Assembly (NCBI RefSeq): GCF_006345805.1
Contig: NW_021828749.1
Span: forward strand, 1-7,832
Length of the DNA stretch: 7,832 bases
Source: Octopus sinensis
Lineage: Eukaryota
Reading direction: 5' to 3'
Made by a program: the position numbers and the translations under genes. Under the pieces are notes generated by a model that worked only from the letters and a program-made list of their open reading frames with translations, had not been told where the DNA came from and searched no databases. Each line of letters starts with the position of its first letter. The stretch's first letter is position 1. Below are positions 1 through 7,365 of the stretch, piece by piece.

Positions 1-83
1 TGAACTCAGAACGTAACGGCAGACGAAATACGGCTACGCATTTCGCCCGGCGTGCTAACGTTTCTGCCAGCTCGCCGCCTTCA
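1..83 (-). mobile_element. tRNA-derived SINE family A (Octopus-type), 5' head only, cut by the window edge
   Basis: The reverse complement reads tgaaggcggcgagctggcagaaacgttagcacgccgggcgaaatgcgtagccgtatttcgtctgccgttacgttctgagttca. It differs by 5 substitutions from the copy at 149-231 and carries an A-box-like TGGCAGAAACG and the start of a B box (GAGTTCA). Confidence 0.9.
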
Positions 84-150
84 TGTATGAATATAGGACA
101 CCCACACACACATCATAATGTCCTGGTAGGATAGAAAGATGGGTTATTTG

Positions 151-378
151 AAGGCGGCGAGCTGGCAGAAACGTTAGCACGCCGGGCGAAATGTTTAGCG
201 GTATTTCGTCTACCGTTACGTTGTGAGTTCAAATTCCGCCAAGGTCGACTTTGCCATTCATCCTTTCGGGGTCGATAAATTAAGTATGAGTTACACACTG
301 GGGCCGATGTAATCGACTTAATCCGTTTGTCTGTCCTTGTTTGCCCTTTCTGTGTTTAGCACCTTGTGGCTAGTAAAG
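151..378 (+). mobile_element. tRNA-derived SINE family A, near full length
   Basis: A-box-like TGGCAGAAACG at 163-173 and B-box-like GAGTTCAAATTCC at 225-237. GGCGG/CCGCC form acceptor-like ends. Colinear along its length with the reverse complement of 5576-5798. The family is recalled from Octopus genomes (OK/OR-type SINEs); the exact family name is not assigned. Confidence 0.88.
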
Positions 379-384
379 GGGTTC

Positions 385-595
385 GTGCGTGTGTGTTTCT
401 GCCTGTTTTGTCTCCCACCATCGTTTTACAACCGGTGTTTGCATATTTACGTCCCTATTACTTAGATGCTCGAAAAAAAGAACCCGATAGAATATGTATG
501 AGGCTTTAAAAAAAGTATTGGGATCGATTTAATCGACTAAAAATCTTCAAGTCGGTATCCCAGCAAGGCCCCAATCTAATGAAGGAAACGTGTAT
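385..595 (+). mobile_element. Degraded 3' half of SINE family B (older subfamily)
   Basis: Colinear blocks match 1285-1480: caaccggtg/caaccgatg, tttacgtccc, acttag, ccgatagaata, gggatcgatttaatcgactaa and ccagcaaggcc. It carries the extra aaatcttcaa also seen in the 5221-5560 copy. Confidence 0.75.
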
Positions 596-751
596 AACAT
601 AATAAAATATAATATAAATACTTCCCTTTTATTCAACGGTTTTTCATAGCGTCTATGACAAATATCCTACAAATAATAGGAATAAACATTAAAGATCAAA
701 TAAACAGTGCCTTTGGTGTGTTTAATTGGACCAAAAAACTTACCGTCTTCC

Positions 752-810
752 ATATATATAATATATTATAGTATAATATATTATATAATATATATATATA
801 TATATATATA
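752..810. repeat. Imperfect (TA)n microsatellite
   Basis: Direct reading. Confidence 0.9.
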
Positions 811-924
811 GTAGTAACAGAAAAGAGGAATTTCGATTATCCCCACGTGGTGAGTTGTAATGTATATAAGAAATTAAAAAAGGGAAAATACGCACACTTA
901 CATAGTTTTAATATAATTTTTAAT

Positions 925-959
925 ATATTGACCGATTTCGCTATCGCTATTCATGATAT
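925..959 (-). ncRNA. Minimal type I hammerhead ribozyme motif, A3-U8 variant, degraded copy
   Basis: Minus strand reads atatc-ATGAATA-gc gata gc-GAAA-t cg g-TC-aatat. It is the mirror copy of 974-1008 with two substitutions: 15.2 C>T at 935, and the first stem I 3' base G>A at 929. Confidence 0.6.
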
Positions 960-973
960 GTTTTACAAACATA

Positions 974-1008
974 ATATCATGAATAGCGATAGCGAAACCG
1001 GTCGATAT
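974..1008 (+). ncRNA. Minimal type I hammerhead ribozyme motif, A3-U8 variant
   Basis: atatc (stem I, 974-978), ATGAATA (core 3-9, 979-985), gc gata gc (stem II), GAAA (994-997), c cg g, TC (GUC cleavage triplet 1001-1003), gatat (stem I', 5 bp). U4, G5, A6, A9, G12, A13, A14, A15.1 and U16.1 are all canonical, and positions 3 and 8 are complementary (A:U). Confidence 0.75.
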
Positions 1009-1079
1009 ATTAAAAATTATATTAAAACTATGTAAGTGTGCGTATATTCCTTTTTTTAAATTTCTTATATACATACAAT

Positions 1080-1485
1080 AGGCGCAGGAGTGGCTGTGTG
1101 GTAAGTAGCCTGTCTACCAACCACATGGTTCCGGGTTCAGTCCCACTGCGTGGCATCTTGGGCAAGTCTCTTCTGCTATAGCCTCGGGCCGACCAAAGCC
1201 TTGTGAGTGGATTTGGTAGACGGAAACTGAAAGAAGCCTGTCGTATATATGTCTATATATATGTATATGTGTGTATATGTTTGTGTGTCTGTGTTTGTCC
1301 CCCGTAGCATTGCTTGACAACCGATGCTGGCGTGTTTACGTCCCCGTCACTTAGCGGTTCGGCAAAAGAGACCGATAGAATAAGTACTGGGCTTACAAAG
1401 AATAAGTCCCGGGGTCGATTTGCTCGACTAAAGGCGGTGCTCCAGCATGGCCGCAGTCAAATGACTGAAACAAGTAAAAGAGTAA
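1080..1485 (+). mobile_element. Full-length tRNA-derived SINE family B (CORE-like; possibly octopus OR2-type)
   Basis: A box TGGCTGTGTGG at 1091-1101 and B box GGTTCAGTCCC at 1134-1144. A CORE-like cttgggcaagt lies at 1157-1167, followed by an internal (TA/TG)n at ~1244-1295 and a 3' tail gaaacaagtaaaagagtaaa. Highly similar to 7417-7804. Confidence 0.92.
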
Positions 1486-2140
1486 ATACAGAAGCGGGCG
1501 TGATTCGGAGAAATACAATGGTTGAGAACTAAATAGACTGATGCAAATGCTACTATTCAGATATATTTGCATAAACATGGCGTAGATTTCTGTACAGGAC
1601 ACACGTGGAAGACTTATTAAATTAATGAAGTACCGGAGAATGTAAAATATAAAACTCAACATGATTCTAAAGGATTTCTGTCAGTCTATTCAACGTAGGA
1701 GCACCAAGACACGCCACATATAAGCCCCCTACTGAAATTCCGAAGTAAAACCAAACCAAAAGTTCATAATGTTTCGGCCATTGATTTTTATTCGATATCA
1801 TACCATTCACAAATAAGTCTACATCTTTATTTCTCCGTGTGAGGGTCTACTGTAAGAATGTACGCTCATATAAATTGCAATAATTCATCCTTTAAAAATG
1901 TATATTTGAGATAGAATATCATTGGTGGAACGCAGGGGCGATGAAACTGAAGATGTTAAGGTGACGGTGAAAGGATTGGACAACACAAAAGTGAGGAATA
2001 AGAAATTTCTGGCAATAAACTTTATTTAATCATAGATTCATTTGGACAATCTCCAGGATATTTAGAAAAAAATTACAGTTAATCAATATGGCAGTTCACA
2101 AATTTACATGCAATTATTCAAATATGAGTCTTCTTGTTTT

Positions 2141-2261
2141 TGTGTGTGTATGTATGTAAATATAAGTATATATATAGATATATGCACGTGTGTGTTTATG
2201 TTTGTGTATGTATGTATGTACATAAATATATATATATATATATCATATATATATATATATT
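2141..2261. repeat. Compound (TG)/(TA) microsatellite
   Basis: Direct reading. Confidence 0.85.
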
Positions 2262-2366
2262 ATCAAGTATATAAACAAATGCAGTATAATTGAATTACAA
2301 AATAATGGTGTTAAACGTATTTTTCTTTCTTGATCCCCATAAATATTCCTCTCTGCTGCTGCTACT

Positions 2367-2422
<56 letters not shown>
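2367..2422. repeat. (CTA)18 trinucleotide microsatellite preceded by (CTG)3
   Basis: Pure cta units from 2367 to 2420. It explains the poly-Ser run of ORF 2243..2518. Confidence 0.95.
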
Positions 2423-2574
2423 GTTTATCCTGTTTTTAGTGGCTAAATATATGCATACACAACATGTATATTCACACATACATACGCAATATTTAATACA
2501 AAATGATTTTATAATCAAGTTGGGCAGTACATATAAAATAAACGGAGTAAAAACTAAATATATGGAAACAGTTT

Positions 2575-2620
2575 CAATATATATATATATGTGTGTGTAT
2601 GATATATATATATATACACG
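2575..2620. repeat. Short (TA)/(TG) microsatellite
   Basis: Direct reading. Confidence 0.75.
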
Positions 2621-4250
2621 ATATAATGTAAAACAAAGACAGTTTCAATGGGATTAGAACTGCTACATAAAGATATCCAGAATACGGCTCCAATCCCGAG
2701 AAAGAAAATTTTAATGACTGGTCCTCATATATTTAACAATTTAATTAAATTAACTTGAGTGCAAAACCTACTTTTTCACCCACATCTTCCTCTTCAACAG
2801 ACATTTATAGAAGTTGATGCAGGTTTGGTTAGACACAAAGTCAGATTCACCATATAATCTCTAACTTCTTTCCTCAATCGCAATACAAAGAAAACTGCTC
2901 GCCATTCCTTGCTAAAGAAGATCAGTGGGACATTCAATACAACGGATTTAGCCGATCCATTTAGCTAATTTGCTCTTTTACATGGCTCCAGTGCTCAGAA
3001 AATTTTGGTTACTGAGCAGGTGCGTACGGAACAACTTCATCGCTCTTCGTATATCATAGTCAGGCTCGAATGATGGCAATTCCGTGGTTGTAGAGCTCTT
3101 ATCGAGCCTCTATATACCGATTTGGTAGAACTACCACTCCAGAAATGTCTGAATGCCGATCATAATCTCTGGGCTCAAAGTTCTCATGAGCACATTACTT
3201 AGTTGGTGATCGTCAGCGTCAAGGCTCTCCCAAAGAACGTCATCACCTCTTTCCTCACTTCCGATCGCATTTCCTGAACATTAGAGAACGATGAGCAGTA
3301 TTTCAGTTACTCGATAGTTTTCTAGAGCCGCTCGAAATCCGCCAATCTTCGCTGATGTCGAAACCTCGGCGCATACCTGTGCATCAACAATTCCAACATA
3401 TCTATCACTCTATGTAGGTGTTTCTACCATTTAGAGCTTCTGACTAGGTGAATCCAACTCTACGAGAAACCAAAGAGCAATCGCTCTAACTTGGTTAGGG
3501 GAAAACTAGGCCAGAACATTAGAGTGATGTTGGTATGTGTCACCCCTGTTCAACTTTTCATGGATATATCCTCGTCACATTTTTAGGTGAGGCTAGTCAC
3601 TGTAATTGAAACTTAGTCGAAGCTCCTACCGTCCTGGAGATCAGGCCTGAACCATGGACTTTTCCTGTAGGTATTGAGTGGCTGGTATGCGTTAATCTTG
3701 CTACTTTATATTTCTTTAGTATAGTTTCGACCACCTTCATGTTTGATTTGTCCGACATATTGACGTTGATATCGTCCATTATTCCAACATGGCTCTTCTG
3801 CGTTCAGTTTGATTAGGATACCTCTAAACAATTTCAGCTTTCTCATCAGTAGCTCAAGAGTCAAAACGTACTGAAGCGATGAAAAGGCGGCGCATTTAAC
3901 GGACCAAGCAACCGATACAAAACGCCCCTGAATAGCGGTGAGTTACTGACACCACGATCAGGTGCCGCTGTAAATTCAATGATTCTCTCTCTGACACAAG
4001 AATGAAACCAAATAGAGATGATCGGCCGTATGTTTTCAAGCGATCCAAATGATTCAGCCACATTCACACCAGATCCAGATCTATTCCTCCCTGCATTGTA
4101 CCGCATAAACTGGACTTTGTTTTCGATGGATCTGTCCAGAACCGCACGGTTTTGTGCAGATCTGAGATTACACAATCCGTCACAAGCGTCAATATGTTTG
4201 CAATCATTTTAACAGGCGAACATGTACGGCATGTTTAAGGGGTCGAGTAA
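2620..4250 (-). mobile_element. Decayed, 5'-truncated L1/Tx1-type non-LTR retrotransposon: ORF2 RT domain through the C-terminal zinc knuckle, plus a probable 3' UTR
   Basis: Manual minus-strand translation across frameshifts gives motifs in the expected order: AQNRAVLDRSIENKVQFMRY (4157-4098; cf. AQTCAVPGRSI..N...MRY), SVKCAAFSSLQYVLTLELLMRKL (from ~3903; cf. SVRQGCPLS.LLYVL.LEPLLRKL), IMDDINVNMSDKSNMKVVETILKKY (from 3782; YADD equivalent), KIN...WFRPDLQ, LTKLERLLFGF, a CX2CX8HX4C-spaced remnant (3062-3009), and INFYKCLLKRKM near 2815-2780. Many stops and frameshifts. Comparison is to consensus recalled from memory; boundaries are approximate. Confidence 0.85.
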
Positions 4251-4266
4251 AGTGCTATAATGTTTT

Positions 4267-4284
4267 TTGTTGTTGTTGTTGTTG
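4267..4284. repeat. (TTG)6 microsatellite
   Basis: Direct reading. Confidence 0.8.
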
Positions 4285-4359
4285 ATAAGTGTCGCACTTT
4301 CGTTTTTATTTTTTACTGTTGAAGGAAACAAGACTGGCACGGCTATGTTGGATTATGCT

Positions 4360-4575
4360 CTTGAAGTCTCCGTTCGTGCTAGCAGCGTCGATTTCGTTTG
4401 AGATATCTTCATTGCACGTCGATGATACTTGAGCGTAGAAGGATTACGAGGAACGAAGGAGTGATATCCATGCAATTGTAAGTGTTGTTGGAGACGACGA
4501 TTTTTAGGTCGTTGATATGTAAGGCAGAGAGTATGTATGACAAAAACCGAACTAGGAGTGTTCTCCAGAGTTGAT
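4360..4575 (-). pseudogene. Possible highly decayed CR1/L2/Jockey-group RT fragment
   Basis: Across frames on the minus strand: SG..PSSVF (cf. SGVPQGSVLG), ILSALHINDL (cf. LF.LYINDL; HINDL at 4519-4505), and ttg cat gga tat cac (4475-4461), which is at most one base per codon from LYADD. These are followed by EDISNEIDAASTNG (cf. QEDLN.I..WS..NG). Order and spacing fit, but several frameshifts are needed. Confidence 0.4.
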
Positions 4576-4759
4576 AGAGTGCTGGCCACAGACGGTGCCG
4601 GCAGCACACGTCACGATTGTGCGATCTAACAGAAAGTATGTGCTTACTCATAAATATTTATCAGTTTTATGATATGGCTATAGGACCATAAAACTGTCAG
4701 AAATAAACTTTCGCACGTATTGATATACGTGTACAAAATCTCATAGACAAACACAGATA

Positions 4760-4761
<2 letters not shown>

Positions 4762-4803
<42 letters not shown>

Positions 4804-4845
4804 GCGCGTGCGTGTGTGTGTGTGTGTATGTGTGTGTGCTTGTGC
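4762..4845. repeat. (TG)n microsatellite: ~20 pure units plus a degenerate extension
   Basis: Direct reading; explains ORF 4765..4995. Confidence 0.95.
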
Positions 4846-5220
4846 AGAATTATATGGCGGTATTTGTGTATAAATAAACATATTTTCCAGATTTCGGAAA
4901 CATCACACTGTGTGGACTTCTTCGTGAGCGCTCAATCTACTAGATCTAACAGTAAAATCACTCTCAAACATTACCGTTATATAAAGAAAAGATAGATTAG
5001 AAAAAAGGTCGTACGTGCTCCTAAAGTGGGGTGATTATAACTGGATTACCTTTGATCCAGGTCTTATACATATACGAGTTGACCAAGAGCTAAACAGCAA
5101 AATCAACAAATACACATATTTAGAGATTTCCCAATAGCAGTCAAATCTCCCTCAAATCCCAGTGCATCCCCTTACAAAACAATACATTGGGTAACTTAGA
5201 CCTGGGTTTTCTGAATCTAT

Positions 5221-5560
5221 CTTTAATCTTTTACTTGTTTCAGTCATTAGACGGCGCCCGTGCTGGGGCATCGCTTTGAAGAATTTTTAGTCGAATGAAT
5301 CGACTTATAGTTTTTGAAAATTGATACTTATTCTATCAGTCTCTTTTGCAGAACCGCTAATTTACAGAGACATAAACACACAGGTACCGGTTATCAGATG
5401 GTGGTGAGACACACACACTCACACTCTTCCTCTCTCTCTCACACACACACGCCTCCCCCCCCAATACACATACACATACATATACAACGGGCTGCTTTCA
5501 GCTTCCGTCTGCAAATTCCACTCACAAAGCCTTGCTCGGCCTGAAGCTGTTGCAGAAGAC
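5221..5560 (-). mobile_element. 5'-truncated SINE family B (older subfamily), lacking the tRNA head
   Basis: The reverse complement reads gtcttctgcaacagcttcaggccgagcaaggctttgtgagtgg...(GT/GA)n...tagcggttctgcaaaagagactgatagaataagta...aatgactgaaacaagtaaaagattaaag, colinear with ~1166-1485. Confidence 0.85.
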
Positions 5561-5575
5561 TGTTACATATATATA

Positions 5576-5798
5576 TTTATTTCTTTACTACACACAAGGG
5601 GCTAAACCAGAGAGGACAAACAAAGGGATTAAGTTGATTATATCGACCCCAGTGCGAAACTGGTACTTTATTTATCGACCCCGAAAGGATGAAAGGCAAA
5701 GACAACCTCGGCGGAATTTGAACTCAGAACGTAACGACAGAAGAATACCGCTAAGCATTACGCTCGGCGCGCTAACGTTTCTGCCAGCTCGCCACCTT
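5576..5798 (-). mobile_element. Full-length tRNA-derived SINE family A
   Basis: The reverse complement starts aaggtggcgagctggcagaaacgttagc, contains gagttcaaattccgcc, and ends ccccttgtgtgtagtaaagaaataaat. Colinear with 151-378. Confidence 0.9.
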
Positions 5799-5800
5799 AT

Positions 5801-5802
<2 letters not shown>

Positions 5803-5884
<82 letters not shown>

Positions 5885-5925
5885 TATATATATCTATATA
5901 TATATATATATATACATATATATTC

Positions 5926-5962
<37 letters not shown>

Positions 5963-5989
5963 GTAATATATATATATATATATATATTG

Positions 5990-6020
<31 letters not shown>

Positions 6021-6021
6021 A

Positions 6022-6067
<46 letters not shown>

Positions 6068-6077
6068 TATATATATT
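5803..6077. repeat. Long (~275 bp) imperfect (TA)n array
   Basis: Direct reading; explains the IY-repeat ORF 5532..5966. Confidence 0.95.
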
Positions 6078-6981
6078 GTATCATACCTTGATACTGTGTG
6101 GACTTATATCCTCGTTGTCAGGCCAGTAGTATTTATAGGTGTTAAACACTTTCGGTATGCAAATTAGGGACTCCTTTATAGAGTAATTGCTGCATTTCTT
6201 GAGTATATAAACAGTTTGATTGCTTGTTTCTCTGGAGATTGTCAGAATGATGTGGACGCATCCGGTGAGAACCCGATACGGAGCAAAAATCGATTAAACG
6301 GAGAAATGGTTAAAATTCACCATGTTTTTTATTATACCATTTGTAACATTTATATGTATGGGTGTGCGTGCCTTTCCTCGTGTGATTTTTCTTTTCCCTC
6401 AATCCCTTGCGCAGTTCGGACGCATTTGTACCTCTTTTCTCTTATCAAATAATCTTAAAGAGTTCGCCATTTTTACCTCGTCTGTGCCTAACGGCCCTCC
6501 TTGTTTGTATTCGTTTCATTTGATTTGTTGTATGTCCTGTTTTTGTTATCAACTTTGGCCCTCCGCAAATCCTCAATGTTTTATTTCGCGGGAGCAACTG
6601 CCTTCAAAGTCTTAGCTTGTTGTTTGAATGCTCGAAATAAGGTGTAGAAGGACAGCCAACAACTGATGAAGGGTCGTTTTTTTGTTACTTATTTTGTTTT
6701 CCATTCGTTTCTCTCGTTTTTTGCGTACCCAACGTTATTTTCGTATTTCCTATTTGTTTACGTTTTTGTGACTCCTGTACCGATATATACATAGCTATGT
6801 ATATATATATATATATATTGATGAGAAAGTTGGTTTGTGAAAGCACGTGGTTGAATATATAGAAAATAGTAAAAAGGGTAAAAACTACGGAAGGCTTGTT
6901 TTAAAAGGTTAAAAAATATATATTTGAGTTAATATGTCTGAAGAATGTTATCAATTTTTTTCTTACAATGACATAATTTTG

Positions 6982-7021
6982 AAGAAATTACCGGTTTCGC
7001 GTTCAGCTTTTCAAATTTCTT
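6982..7021 (-). ncRNA. Minimal type I hammerhead ribozyme motif, U3-A8 variant
   Basis: Minus strand reads aagaaat (7021-7015), TTGAAAA (core 3-9, 7014-7008), gc tgaac gc (stem II), GAAA (6998-6995), c cg g, TA (GUA triplet, predicted cut between 6989 and 6988), atttctt (perfect 7 bp stem I'). Confidence 0.8.
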
Positions 7022-7023
7022 AT

Positions 7024-7077
7024 ATCGTTATGTTTATGTTGAGAAGAGTTATCGTTATGTTTATGTTGAGAAGAGTT
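7024..7077. repeat. Exact 27 bp tandem duplication
   Basis: atcgttatgtttatgttgagaagagtt occurs at 7024-7050 and at 7051-7077. Confidence 0.95.
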
Positions 7078-7362
7078 CCAAATAAGGGGAGGTAATAAGT
7101 GATTTCTTCCGGTGTAAGGGAGATAATCGCTTAAAAAACTTTTTTTTTTGTCTTTCCTTTGGAGTGAATTTCTCTGTATAAGTATGTTGGAATGGTTAAG
7201 TCTGGGCTTGTACTTTTCAATGAAGAATGTTTCCTTGTTTAGTCTAATTTGTGTTGGAAAGATTAAAAATTGTGGTAGTAGTTGCTTTGCGCATTTCTCA
7301 ATGTGCTCACTAAAGGGTATCATTCTGGGAATGCAATCTGTATGTACATGTGTGTCTATATA

Positions 7363-7365
<3 letters not shown>

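Larger units (their letters stand above)
855..1078. repeat. ~224 bp foldback (inverted repeat, ~110 bp arms, 3-nt centre), probably an inverted Penelope-like pLTR duplication
   Basis: Left arm 855-963 against the reverse complement of 967-1078 shows about 4 substitutions and 3 small indels by manual alignment. It includes a 40 bp perfect block (tacgcacacttacatagttttaatataatttttaatatat). The centre is gttt-tac-aaac. Each arm holds a hammerhead motif. The palindrome is certain; the PLE origin is inferred. Confidence 0.85.
6844..7345 (-). mobile_element. Penelope-like element 3' end / pLTR: GIY-YIG endonuclease C-terminus, 3' region and hammerhead
   Basis: 7323-7195 translates as MIPFSEHIEKCAKQLLPQFLIFPTQIRLNKETFFIEKYKPRLN. 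This fits the IP.SEH...C...F.IFP...R..KE..FI.K.KP.LN ending of PLE GIY-YIG domains (recalled pattern). A minimal hammerhead follows on the same strand at 7021-6982. Boundaries are approximate. Confidence 0.75.

Noticed and set aside
151-240. SINE heads (also 1080-1150 and 7417-7487) as real tRNA genes
   Set aside because: A and B boxes are present, but no full cloverleaf could be drawn, and each head continues into a multi-copy SINE body.
855-1078. The foldback as a classical MITE or a pre-miRNA
   Set aside because: There is no clear TSD or recognisable TIR class, and the embedded hammerheads favour a PLE origin. It is not fully excluded without other genomic copies.
1070-1490. Target-site duplications around the full-length family B SINEs (also 7409-7810), and their closeness to PLE remnants
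   Set aside because: Only short ataca/tata matches were found in low-complexity flanks. A shared preference for TA-rich sites is enough to explain the proximity.
1532-1690. 10 bp inverted repeat aatagactga / tcagtctatt, plus an internal tgcaaat/atttgca
   Set aside because: Too short for AT-rich DNA, with no TSD and no further arm similarity.
3843-3849. CTGATGA on the minus strand
   Set aside because: It is coding sequence (L-M-R codons) of the Tx1 RT remnant, with no flanking helices.
3780-3960. Alternative readings: a death-domain-like RYPNQTERRRAMLE*W and mononegaviral 'HR' motifs (THRYS, FHRFST)
   Set aside because: These are off-frame coincidences. Colinear L1/Tx1 RT motifs across 1.5 kb explain the region better.
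5085-5200. Segment (gagttgacc...gctaaacagc...tagcagtcaaatctccctcaaatc) reminiscent of another octopus interspersed repeat
   Set aside because: It is single-copy in the window and rests only on vague recall, so it cannot be supported without a repeat library search.
6663-6669. Canonical hammerhead core CTGATGA in a pyrimidine-rich segment (~6400-6790) that may be an interspersed repeat
   Set aside because: No stem II closure or GAAA follows. The upstream CGAAA (~6633) gives no convincing type II stems.
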